From NCBI GenBank assembly GCA_951406725.2, contig OX597815.1, positions 133,548,001 through 133,612,000 on the forward strand: DNA of 64,000 nt, read 5' to 3'. This document shows positions 37,387-50,019 of the stretch, piece by piece. Within the stretch, counting starts at the first letter, position 1; each line of letters begins with the position of its first letter. Both the position numbers and the translations under genes were made by a program. Under the pieces are notes generated by a model. It was not told the origin of the DNA and searched no databases. It was given only the letters and a program-made list of their open reading frames with translations. Source of the stretch: Octopus vulgaris (taxonomy: Eukaryota).

Positions 37387-38365
37387 CTAAAATGATGGTA
37401 ATATATATATATATATATATATATATATTGAGCATGGTGATTCTTGAAGAAGATAAAGCTATAGATATTAGTGTGTAAATTATGGGTTAAAAACTCTGTA
37501 TAAAAAAGGTTGAAGCTACCCATAGAACCTATATCTCTTGTAAACATTTTTTAACCCAATATTTTCACACTAATTTTATACGCTTTGAGATTCATCATTC
37601 CAAAGAAGAATTATTTCACATTCTCAAAGTTCCTAAATGCTTATGACGTCAAAAGCATATAAATCATATTAAAACTACTCTAGTAGTTTTACTGTTGCAT
37701 TATATTTTTTATTAATACAATCATCTGATCTTTTTATTCATTCAAAATTGCTCGTTTCAAACCTTCACAATAAATTATTTTTAAAAAGTTCTCACACTTA
37801 GAAAACAATGGTTTTACATGGATTTAAAACTGAACACAAATATTGTTCGCCATTCTTCTTGTAATACAGAAATTATTTTTGAATTGATAATATTTGGATA
37901 ATTTAAAAAAAAATATCTTTAAACAACATTTAAATTATGATTTTATCATCTTTTATTAAATATTTTTCTCCTCTTCACCATTTACATGTTTTTTGTTTAT
38001 TTTGTAGAAACTTTCTATTGTATATATAGAAATACAATAACAAAAAAATTCCATTGAATGGTATTGTATAGAAAATGTTTACTATAGTTTTAGTTTACCA
38101 TCTGAAATAATACATACCTTAATATGTGCATTTTTTTGTTTTCTGGAACAAATTGTCTTGATGTGTGTGATTAACTTGCTTGGTGTTGTTAGACTTATGT
38201 ATGAACTCTATTAGAAAATGTCTGCTGATGTTTTCTACTTCAAACCTAACAACTGACCAACTAATTAATTGTTTTCATGTCATGGCATACCTTTCTGAGT
38301 CAGCTACTGTTTTAAATTGCACATTTGCTCCGAAGTCTTAAATAAATTCTGATCAATTTATAAGT

Positions 38366-38595
38366 TTTACCCTTTTGATAACTAACCTGTCTGAGCCTAC
38401 CTTTGATTGTCTGATATAAACTTTCTGATTTAAGTTATCTAAATTAGAGCTTTTTATTAACATTCCATGTTAATTTGCTTCAAACACTAGGTTAATAATC
38501 ACAAAATTATTTTACTAAATTCTTTATTATTTTCTAAATCAATTGATATAAAGGCAGTTACCATATTTCAACAGAAATATGGTAACAAGGGTTAA
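38366..38595. mobile_element. Second piggyBac-type MITE family
   Basis: Ends 'tttacccttttgata' and 'ggtaacaagggttaa'. Confidence 0.55.
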
Positions 38596-39276
38596 TTTGT
38601 AACTTTTATGTGAACATATGAATATGCTCTCTGTGCATTTCAATTAATTTTGAAAACATTAAAAAATTTGTTGGTGTTACATAAAGTAATTAACTTTTGC
38701 ATTAGAAACCCTTTTATGATGATATCTCTAATGAAATATACTATGCGTATACTAATTTGGAAAATAATTAAGAATTTTGTTGCATTATAACTTTTACATA
38801 TATTTCTATATTTAACTTAGATATTTTTTCCCCTAAAATTATGTTGCAAAATTTTAATTTAAACATGAATTCTTTAAAATTCTTAATTTTTGATCATAGG
38901 GCTAGAAGCATTCTCAGTTGGGTTGAGGTCAGAATGAATAATTGGTTCAGCCACAGTAAAATTTAGCAAAAATTAACTGCAGAATTAATAGAAATAGGAG
39001 GTTAGCAAAAAAGACTGATTATTAGTGCTAACTTTGATTTAAATGAAAGCCTTTGTCGAGTTAATATCTTGGTCATAATCTAAATATTTGTCATTCAGAG
39101 CAGACTAATCATATACATATTTCCCTCACGTAGTTACTAGCTATAACATGTTTGCTTTTCCCTACCACATAGCTGCCAGCTAAAGATAAACCATGAGTAT
39201 GATGGTGACTGTTGTCACATTGTTGATGTAGTGACTACAAGTACTCTTATAGCGGTGACTACAGTTTCCATATAAT

Positions 39277-39490
39277 TGTTTCAAAATTTTGGTGCAAGGC
39301 CAGCAGTTTTAGCAGGGAGGGACAAGTCTATTACATTGACCCCAATACTTGTCTGGTACTTCATTTAATTGGCCCTGAAAGGATGAAAGTAAAGTTGACC
39401 TAAGCAAAATTTGAAATCAGAGCATAGTAAGAAGAAATGCCACTAAATATTTTGCTGAATGTGCTAAAAATTCTGCCAGCTGACCACCTG
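39277..39490 (-). mobile_element. SINE family B
   Basis: 'ccctgaaaggatgaaagtaaagttgacc...ttctgccagctgaccacc'. Confidence 0.75.
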
Positions 39491-39829
39491 AAACAGTGAT
39501 CCCTTTGTTTACAGAAGTAAACTGCACTTCTACTTACAGCTCAGTGGACTAGGATATTTAGAGTTTAAGTGTTTTCATCAATGACACAGCATTGATAATG
39601 AGATATAGACTATTAACACATGGTCTGGTAACCCAGCATTCTGTTGTCACATCTAGCTATGACTCTTACAGTTTCTCATTAATATTTCAAACATTTTGCA
39701 CCTTTGTCCCCCTGTGATGTGATAGATAGCTATTAATGCCTGCACTCAGCTAAGTGAAATGTGTACAGTTAACATCATTTCCCCCATGCTGCTTATTTAG
39801 TTCCAGTTTGGCTTTTAATGTTCTTTATA

Positions 39830-40715
39830 TTAACCCTTTGGCATTCAAATTATTCTGTCAAAAGTAATGCTTATTTATTCACATTGTTTTGAATTAATCA
39901 TGCATTATTTTGTAGCTTTGAGATCTTGATGAGGTAACAGTTTATTTTTAGAGTGATATTGAAGGGTTGGTGTGAAGGGTCACATCCGGTCAGTTTGAAC
40001 ATATCTTAACAATACTAACCCCAATCTGTTGTTTTTACATGAAAGACGTCTTTGAATTGGTTTATTTTATTATTTTTTATTTTTTACTAGTTTCAGTCAT
40101 TGGACTCTGGCCATGCTGGGGAACAACCTTCAGAGATTTTAGTCAATCGTATCAACACCAATACTTGTTTCAGCCTGGTACTTACTTTATTGATTTCTAT
40201 TTACTGAATGGCTTAGTTATGTTTTTCAACGTACAGGAACAAGAAATGCAACTCAGTACATCAGCTTATATTGGTGAACATCATCACAGACATAAGTACA
40301 GTTGCAACACATACACACACATATATATACAACAGGCTTCTGCATATTGTCGGCCTAGCAAATTTCACAGAGCAGATATTGGTCAGACATAAGCTAAACT
40401 AAAAGACATTTGACCAAAGTGCATGCAAGGGATTAAGTCTGGAACCACAGGGTTCCAAAGCAAAATTCTTAACCTCATGGCAATAAACTTGCTGCTATGA
40501 AGCATATAACTCTTTAGCGTTCAGATTATTCAAATGTAATACTTATTTAATTCACATTATTTTGAATGATAGCTTTGAGATTTCAATGATGTGATTGTTT
40601 ATTTTTAGAATGACATTGTAGGTTAGGTGTGAAAGGCCAGATCCGGCCAGTTTGAACATAAAACAAGTAGAATATATGGGCTGGGATATAACTGGCTTAA
40701 ATGTTAAAGAATTAA
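39830..40715. mobile_element. Two piggyBac-type MITEs (39830-40003, 40507-40715) flanking a SINE A1 (-)
   Basis: Starts 'ttaaccctttggcattc' and 'taactctttagcgttc'; SINE tail 'tttactagtttcagtcattgg'. Confidence 0.7.
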
Positions 40716-40808
40716 TTTTTAGACAATTCAGTTTTTCTCCACATAAACACATGTACATTTATGTAATGAGTGTTTCATCATTACTTCAGCAGATATGGTG
40801 AAATCTGT

Positions 40809-40852
40809 GCTTCACTGATGAGGTGAGAATAAGATTGAAACATATTTGGAGC
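40809..40852 (+). ncRNA. Degenerate minimal type I hammerhead-like motif
   Basis: gcttca-CTGATGA-ggtgagaataagatt-GAAA-cata-TT-tggagc; stem I pairs, stem II is weak. Confidence 0.4.
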
Positions 40853-41523
40853 TGACTCCAATATTTACTGAAAACTGAAGAAAAAAAGCCATTAATATAC
40901 ATGTGTGTGTGGGTGGGTATGTGAGTTCCTATTTCCCCTGTCTTCATGTATGTTTACTGGTTGCAAACAATGGCCTCACGGAGTGTTCTTTGCTTGCAGT
41001 TCACTGCAAAAGCATGTCCAGGCTTCTTGACATGTTGCACAATCTTTGTAAGCAAAAGGTTTGTTCATATATTGTCAAATAGTTTTCAGTTCTCTGCATA
41101 ACCATATCTGGGCTGTTTGTTGTTTGATAGACTGGGAGATTGTAAGCTCGCTTGGAAACAAGTGGTCGGGTTGCTAACAGGAAGGGTATCTGACTATAGA
41201 AAACTCTACTTGATGTATTCTTGCCTGACCTATGTAGGCTTGGAAAAGTAGATATTAAAACAATGATAATAATGATAAAGCTCTTTTTTGTATATTTATT
41301 TCTAGTGAAAAATTTTTAATGCTTCATGCATTACATGTTCACACTAACTCACATAGTGTTAATATACCTTGCTTAAGGTTATAATACACTAAGAGTAGTA
41401 TGTTTTAAATCATGAGCCTTTTTTAATTTCTAATTATGATTATTAAAAAATAAAAATGGCTTATACACTTTATGAAATGTTTGATAATTATATTTGGCAT
41501 ATAAATTTTTTTATTTATCAATC

Positions 41524-41525
<2 letters not shown>

Positions 41526-41577
<52 letters not shown>

Positions 41578-41638
41578 CATTGTTATTATTATCATTGTTA
41601 TTATTATTATTGTTGTTATTATTATTATTATTATTATT
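41526..41638. repeat. (ATT)n microsatellite
   Basis: Directly visible. Confidence 0.97.
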
Positions 41639-42159
41639 CATTTTTTAAAAATTCTCTTTTAGAGCACTGGAGATTCACTTGATGATGAAGATGAGGGTGA
41701 CAAGATTGCCTTAGAGACAAAAAGGAATACCACGTTTAATGAGGTAATTCATGCAGATAATCGGAATTCCACTATGGCATCTGATGTAAGTTGCACCAAG
41801 CCTTCCTTTGTTTTGTCTCTTATATAATGGATGATAATAAAGAATGGCCTTCGTCTGAAACTGGTTGAAATATATACATATATATATAAAAATATATATA
41901 TATGTAATGGCTTTGGAAATATGCATTGATCAGATGAAAATATTTTATTTATTCTGCATCTGTGGGATTGCGGTTGGAGATAAGATCTTTGAAATATTGT
42001 GATGCAATAAAGGTCTGAGGGAACAATCTTAGTTCATTAATACAGACATACATGTGTGTGTACTGATACAAAATAAACATACATCAGTGCTTATAATTAT
42101 CGTATAAGTACACACATAAAACACACACGTCATAGGCTATAATACATATATAAGTATAG

Positions 42160-42550
42160 GTACAGAACATGGGTATGTGGATAAGGAGTTCATTTCCCAA
42201 CTTCATGCTTTTGGGTTCACCTTGGGTAAATGTCTTCTGTTATAGCTGCAAGGTGATCAAAGCCTTGTAAATGAATTTGGTAGCTGGAAACTGAAAGAAG
42301 TCTGTGTGTGTGTTCTTGTGTCTCCTTGTTTTGACATCATCTGACAGTTGTAAATGAGTGTCACTGTCATTTAAGTGGAGATATTTGTTTGCAATGACTG
42401 TGTAAACATGCCTGGCCACAAGGAATTGCTTGGAAACAGGTGAAGGTTGGCGGCAGGAAGGGCAACTGGCCTTAGAAAATGTATCTGAAAGAATTCTGGC
42501 TGACCCATACAAACATTGAAAAGTGGACATTAAAATAATGATAATGATGA
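42160..42550 (+). mobile_element. SINE family A2
   Basis: Head, body and RTE-type tail. Confidence 0.8.
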
Positions 42551-42829
42551 CAGATGTTCATTTGTTTAATATGTGTCTGTTTTCCAATGACAACATGGGT
42601 TGGACAAATATATTTTGAGGCTGCATTTTATATTCAGATGCCCCTCCTGCTGTCAACCTTTAAGGGATTTCTGTATATTCCACTGGCATTTGAAAGCACA
42701 GTTGGTAATGTCAACAAAGAATGTAAACCATTACAAAACTGTTTCACTCAGGCAGTGACCAGCAAAGTCATGGAGCATCAACATTAGAGCACAAACACAC
42801 ATGTATGATATACATATGGCATAGTGTGA

Positions 42830-42906
42830 GTGTATGTATGTATGTATATATATGTATATATATATGTATGTATATATATGTATATATATATGTATGTATA
42901 TATATG

Positions 42907-42945
<39 letters not shown>

Positions 42946-43226
42946 GTATATATATATGTATGTGTATGTATGTATGTATGTTTATATATGTATGTATATG
43001 TATGTGTATGTATGTATGTTTATATATGTATGTATATGTATATATATGTATGTATGTTTATATATGTATGTATATGTATATATATGTATGTATATGTATA
43101 TATATGTATATATGTATATGTATGTATATATATATATGTATATATATGTATGTATGTATATATATGTATGTATGTATATATATGTATGTATGTATATATA
43201 AATATGTATGTATATATATATATGTG

Positions 43227-43257
<31 letters not shown>

Positions 43258-43305
43258 GTATATATATGTATGTATGTATATATATATATGTATATATATG
43301 TATGT

Positions 43306-43336
<31 letters not shown>

Positions 43337-43735
43337 TATATATGTATGTATATATGTATATGTATATATATGTATGTATATATGTATATGTATGTATATA
43401 TGTATATGTATATATATGTATGTATATATGTATATATATGTATATATGTATATATATGTATGTATATATGTATATGTATATATATGTATATGTATATATA
43501 TGTATATGTATATATATGTATGTATATATATGTATATGTATATATATGTATGTATATATATGTATATGTATATATATGTATGTATATATGTATATGTATA
43601 TATATATGGATATATATGTATATGTATATATATATGGATATATATGTATATGTATATATATATAGATATATATGTATGTATATATATATGTATATATATA
43701 TATATAAATATATATGTGTCTGTATATATGTATGT
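42830..43735. repeat. ~900-bp compound (TA)/(TATG)/(TATATG) microsatellite
   Basis: Directly visible; source of the long Y/I/M/C/V ORFs. Confidence 0.97.
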
Positions 43736-45214
43736 CAGGTTTCCATACAATTTCCAGTTACTATCTCCACACACAATGCAATTGTCAACCTGGAACTATA
43801 GTTGAAGACATTTGCCCTGGATATCGTGAAGTGAGGGCGGGATATCGAAACCACATGGTTATAGTGTGAACTCTGTATCTACAGAACGATGCCTACAAAC
43901 ACCCATCCCAACACATACATATGCACACAAATTGATAGAAGCTTCTAAACTACAGTGTAGAAATGTTAGGGAAGATGTAAAATGTAGGTTTTCACACATT
44001 TGTAGCCTTACATTAAAAAGTAGATATTGTGTCTGGGCAACATGCTTTTCACTTTCTGATCAGGAAAAGGAGTGTGACCTGACTAGTTGCAGTATTTTTA
44101 TACCACTTTCTCAGAGATCAGTTCCTCATTTTTCCTGACCACTGTGATAATAGTAGTTTGTAGTTATTTAGTTTACACAAATTTGGTTTGAACTAAAATG
44201 ATCTACTAAATTTATTGTGGAAATGACCATTATCATCATCATCATCATCATCAACATTTAACTTCCATACTCCAAGGATTGGACAGTGTGCCAGGATCTG
44301 ATGGGCTCAAGGACTGCACTGTATTCCAGTGTTTGCTTTGGAATCGTGTCTATGGCTGAATGTCCTGATTAATACCAGATCCTTTACAATGTGTACTGGT
44401 TGCTTTTTTTGTTGTTGTTTTTTTTTTGTTTTGTGCCACCAGTTCTAGTGAGGTTAGCATGTAGCTTATGACACTACAGACCCGAAGTGGTTTGATAAAT
44501 AAACTGAAAGAGTCAATTTCAAAAATATCCATGCAAAGGAAACCTTTCAGGGCACTTAAATGTTTCTTGCCACTATTTATTTCTTTAGCTGGAAAGGAAA
44601 GGGACAGGTTCATATGAAATCACCCTAAGAACCTGTTGACCATGAGGGGTTGATTATAAAGCAACTGGAACATACAAAGGAAAGAAATCAGGTTCATATT
44701 AAAGAAAATAGGCATAAGGCATATGTTTTTACCTTATGATAACTATCCTGGGACATCTAGATATATCTGTGATTACTTAGATATATCAGCTGGTACAAAA
44801 AGATACAGGTAAAATCTTGCAGTAAATAGTAGTCAACCACGAGGAGTTTAATGTAAAGTGACTGGAATATTCAAGGATAATGAAGACAGTGAAAAAAATC
44901 CTGCTTACTGAAGTAATTAAAATACTTCAGAGTATTCTACTAGAAAATATATTAAGCTAGAAGACTTCAAATACTTTAGAGTGATTTATATGGTATCTTG
45001 ACACATAGAGGTTGCTCAAGGCATATCTTAATTTGTTTGATTAATGGTCAACAATTAGTATGTGAATATATGTTAAAATATAGCATATAAAGGTAATCAT
45101 AAACTATTCCTAACAACGGTGAATTCATTGCCATTTCAAAGAGCTTCTGGAAAGAAACTATAATTGTTAGATTTACTCAAAGACAGTAAACAAAAACAAA
45201 GGAATATTATATCC

Positions 45215-46113
45215 TTCTCAGCAAAAAAAAAAACAAACAAAAAAACATTACTCCATGATATTAACATTGTCAACAGATCAAATACTAAGAACCTGATAGG
45301 AGCTTGTTCTGCTATCTCCAGAGCACAGATTTTCATCTTAGGAAAACAATGGGAAAACAATCAGACTATATTGAGAACTTTCCTAATCTTGTAATCACAG
45401 ACCTTTTTACATTTACAGCTCTTGGAATTAACATATAGCTTAGTTGTATTTTTGTAAGAGTTGTTTGATTCCTAATCTTCCATTTGAATTAATGACATGT
45501 AAATGAAATAAGTGGGCACATCACCAAAAGAGAAATAGGTTTTATGGACATGGCATCAGTCTCAAGATTAGAAGTAAGCAGCCTTATATTGAACTGAGAT
45601 CATGGCCTAGTATTGATTGGTAGCCTAGTGAATCTCATTTACTTCACTGATGTCATAAGGAAAGGCATAAATGTCCCTTATTCTATGAAGTCTTCATATG
45701 TGTTGTTGTTGTTACTTCCCGTGAGGCCTTCTTAGTAAAAAAAAATATTACTTCATGATATTAACCTTGTGAACAGATCAAATACTAAGAACCTGATTGG
45801 GGCTTGTTCTGCTATCTCCAGAGCACAGATTTTCATCTTAGGAAATTAATGGATCTGAATATCATTAGCGACTGTCTAACATCAAAAGCAACCACTTTCT
45901 GACCATCTTTAAGATGTTACAGCATATGTTAGGAAAAAGAAAGTGATTTATTGATTCTGCTCAGACAAAGATTATTTACTTCTTCAGTATTAGGAATTAC
46001 ATATTCTGGCCAATAATGAGTATCCATTGATAAATATCTCTTTAGTTTTATTTTTACATGAGTTTTTGTATTCCTAATCATCCATTTGAATTAATGATAT
46101 GTAAATGAAATAA
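45215..46113. repeat. Diverged local direct duplication
   Basis: A ~105-bp block at 45241-45345 recurs 500 bp later; a second block at ~45469-45512 recurs at ~46071-46113. Confidence 0.85.
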
Positions 46114-46424
46114 AAATATTGAAAAAAAAAAGAAAAAAAACCCAAATGAAGTTAAATAATAGTCTGAATAGTGCATACTTTTGTAATAACTTCTCAGAAA
46201 TACAGATTTGAAATTAATTAATGGCATATTCTGTATTTCTCTTTTACTTGTTTCAGTCATTGTTCTGTGCCCAAGCTGGGGCAAGGGTTTAGCTGAACAA
46301 ATAAGACTTATTTAAAAGTCTGGTACTTTTTTTTTTTTGGGGTATAAATAAACCAACATGGGTTGTCAAGTGAGGGAAAGACGGAGACATTCACACACAC
46401 GCATGCATGTGCATGCGTGAGAGC

Positions 46425-46780
46425 CTTCTACAGGATTGCGGGGGAAAAATGGATGGCAGTTATGACTTTTCCCAGTTGAGGTTGGCCATAGGGGATTCCC
46501 TGCTTAGCCAGTATGGAGGATGCTTACAACCATTGGAATGAGAAGAAAGGAGCAAAGGGTTACTGTGCACAGGATGGAAGAGGCAGCTGAAAGAGCCTCT
46601 TGTTGGCTTTGAAGCAAGAGAGAGGAGTTAAGCTGGAAGTCAGGAGGAGATGAGGAGGCGTGATTTGGCCACCTCTATGGACCTACCAATAGGAGGGTGT
46701 TACAGTTCAGAGATGAAACACCCAATGAACATTGGATACCATCTGATGACATCATTCCACCTGACCAAAGCGCCTGGTAG
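46425..46780 (+). mobile_element. HERO-clade (R2-group) non-LTR retrotransposon 3' fragment nested in a SINE A1 (-)
   Basis: Translation GWQL*LFPVEVGHRGFPA*PVWRMLTTIG...EEAAERASCWL*SKREELSW matches the restriction-like endonuclease C-terminus of HERO elements. Confidence 0.8.
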
Positions 46781-47559
46781 AATACTTTTACCCAAGGTGT
46801 CACGCATTGAGATTGAATCCAATTAGTAATCAGGTTTTCAAATTTGTTCTGGAAAAGTCTAGAATAACCAAAACCTGAACAAAAAACACGTATTTCTTAT
46901 ATAATTTAAGATTAGTAGTAAGATACCTTGCTGTATTGCCAGACAGAAGTTCAATCCCAGTTAGCATATTAAACCTTACAGTCTAGCTATGAGGAAATGT
47001 TACTTTACTTGGAAACAAGTAAGAGGTGGTGAAACTGCAAAAAAGTCTGTTGTGTGTGTGTGTGTGTGTGTCTGACAAGTAGTGCAGTGTGTCTGCATCC
47101 TCATAACTTAGTGGTTCAGCTAAAGAGACTGATAGAATAAGTACTAGAGTTGATCTGTTCAGCTAAAAATTCTTCAAGGCACTGCCTCAGCATGGCTGCA
47201 GTCTAATGATTGGAAACAAGTAAAAGATAAAAGCTCAAAATATAGACAGGGTACTGTGTTTATCAGTGAGCAGAAACATGATTGTTGATAAACCACTGTG
47301 CAAAATTATCTTCTGTTTCATCATCATCATCAGTAGTGGGTTAATGTCCCACTTTTCTATGCTTGGAAAGATTTTCTGTGATTAGGTGCCCTTCCTATTG
47401 TCAACCATTGCCTGTTTCTAAGCAAGCTAATATTTCTCCTCCAAGGTCAGACATATTTTTATGGAAGCTTAGAAACGAATGATATTGCCTGTATGACAGA
47501 GATGCTCATTTGCATCTATCACATGACAAGGAGGTACAACATACACACTTCTCTCTCTC

Positions 47560-47690
47560 TCTCGGTGTATATGTTGAAGAGCGTAGGCTTGAAACATAAA
47601 TGACTTTCTCACCTTCCTGAGCGTCAAACTAACATCTGCTTGTTGTTTATACACCTGTCTTTTGTTTTTCTGTAAATTTCATATATATAT
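47560..47690 (+). mobile_element. Penelope-derived short repeat with decayed minimal hammerhead
   Basis: tTGAAGA-gc-gtag-gc-tt-GAAA-cata at 47574-47600, then 'gactttctcac...gagcgtcaaactaa...tacacctgtc' and (TA)n. Confidence 0.45.
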
Positions 47691-48590
47691 GGACTCACTC
47701 ATATGCGAGAGGGGATCCCTTAAAGTAGAAGTCAGTTTCTGTTACTTAAGTGACCAAGTTAGTAGTGGGAGTGGTTCTTCCAAAAGCATAGCTGCTACAA
47801 TAAGAATAGGCTGGGTGAAGTTCAGAGAGCTAGTACCGCCATTAGTAATGAAGGACCCTCTCTCTCTCTATTAGTGAAAGGTAGATGGTATGATACCTGT
47901 GTATGAACAGCTATACTACATGGCAGTGAGACATGGGCTATGACTACTGAGGATGTGTGAAGACTTGGAAGAAATGAAGCCAGTGTACTTTGCTGAATGG
48001 GTAATATCAGTGTAAGTGATTTATGAGAAAAATTGGGTATACGTAGCATCAAATGTAGTGTACAAGAGAGAAGACTGCACAGGTATGGCTATGTAATGCC
48101 TATGAATGAAGACAATTGCATCAAGAGGTGCCAATCTCTAACTGTAGAGGGAACATGTGGAAGGGGTAAACCCAGGAAGATATGGGATGAAGTGGTGAGA
48201 AAGGATCTACAGACATTGGGACTCACAGAAGGGATGACAGGGGACTGAGACTCCTGATGGTTTGCTGTGCTTGAAAAGACATATTAAGCTAAGTAAAAGT
48301 GTGGTTGCCCTTGCATATAGGTTTGTCTCCTGCAACCCTCTCTAGATGAACATCCTTAATTTTGTGGGCTCGTAGGTTTTGGTGCCATGAAAAAGGCACC
48401 TGTGCTAGTGCTGTGTAAATGCATCCAATGCACTCTGTAAAATGGTTGGCATTAGGAAGGGTATTCAGCCATAAAAACCATGCCAAAACAGACGTGGAGC
48501 CTGAACAGCTCTTCAGCTGGTCAGCTCTTGTCAAACTATCCAACCTATGGCAGTATGGAAAATGGACATTAAATAATAAAGATGATATAT
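47690..48590 (+). mobile_element. RTE LINE 3' fragment (ORF2 C-terminus plus 3' UTR)
   Basis: ORFs read FCYLSDQVSSG..IRIGWVKFREL and VQERRLHRYGYV..VEGTCGRGKPRKIWDEVV. Confidence 0.9.
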
Positions 48591-49624
48591 ATATATATTC
48601 ACATCATATGTGTATATATGTGTGTGTGTATGTATGTGTATATATATATATATATTCGCATCATATGTGAAAGGCTTCTTTCAATTTTCTATTTACCACT
48701 CACAGGGCTTTGGTCAGGCTAGAGCTACAGAAAGACATTTATCCACAGTTACACAAACACACACACACTTCATTTATGCTGGGCTTCTTTCACTTTTCCA
48801 CTCACTACTTTTGTGATCAGCCTGGGGCTTTAGTAGAAGACACTTCCCCAAAGTGCCATGCAGTGGAACTGCACCTAAAACCACATGGTTGGAAATCAAA
48901 CTTCTTAATCATGCAGCGATACATCCTTTTTAAATATGGGAAGGGATTCTGTGTATAAGATGCCATTCATTGAAAGGGAACATCGAGCTACAAATGTGTT
49001 GAAAATCATTAGTCTAAATTAATGAAAGTTGTCTTTGTTGCTACAGTGAGTTAATTAGTGCTTACTTTACTAAAGGTATTAACTAGTTAATGGTAGGAAC
49101 CATAGTAAGCAAATGACTAGTTAATATACAGGAATACAACAATACTGTATAGGATGTGCTATATTAGTGGCTACATAAGAGATGTAGTGTATTCTCAGAT
49201 AGACTCTGTAGGGAACCAACACTTAAACTTTATCCTATGTACTGATACTGAACACTGCTAGCAGTTTGGACAGGAACCAAGTCTTCCTTGGTAAGTTGAG
49301 CCTCTATCATCACCAACACTATTATTACCACCACCTCACCACCAATACCACCATTGTAGTGTTCCAATAAAACCATGCTTATAAAAGAGCTCAATGTTTT
49401 AGTACACATTAGTATTTGAGGTTGATGTTACTGTTATTTGCTAGTTCTCTCTTCCTTCTTTCTGTTAGAGTGCATGTGTGTGATGCACCAAACATTTTGA
49501 AACTGCACTTCAGCTTGACTTTGACTTACACATGATTTCTGCACTGTTTCACTTTAAGGAAACAAAATGCACATTTCATGGAAAATTTATGATTGATTCT
49601 TAAACATGTTATTTAAAAAAAAAA

Positions 49625-49870
49625 TATTATGGTTGATCAAGAAAAGTATTTCTGTTGTTTAAGAAAAGCATTTCCATTCATGAAAGAAAGTATTTTTGTT
49701 GATCACAAGTTTTTTGTTTTTTATTTATTTATTTATTTTTTGTTGTTGATCAAGAAAAGTATTTTTGTTGATAATAAAATTATCAAGAAAAACATTGTAG
49801 TTGATCAAACAAAAGCATTTTTCTTGATCGAAAATATTATTTTTGTTTATCAGGAAAGTATCTCGATCGT
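49625..49870. repeat. Degenerate ~21-bp AT-rich tandem repeat ('ttgttgatcaagaaaagtatt')
   Basis: Recurring 'gttgatca..aaag.att'. Confidence 0.7.
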
Positions 49871-50019
49871 GCTGTAACATTTGTTTTGGAAGATTAATTT
49901 GAACTGATTTATTTTCATGCTAACAGTCATTAATTTTGTTTTTGTGTATTTGTTATTATTGATCTTCACATTATTTCTGTTAATATTTTCATGTCATCAA
50001 TATTAGAAGGGTAAAGGTT

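Noticed and set aside
41423-41682. Poly-N/I/Y ORFs
   Set aside because: (ATT)n microsatellite.
42805-43805. Long ORFs of 197-323 aa on both strands
   Set aside because: Translation of a TA/TG microsatellite that contains almost no stop codons.
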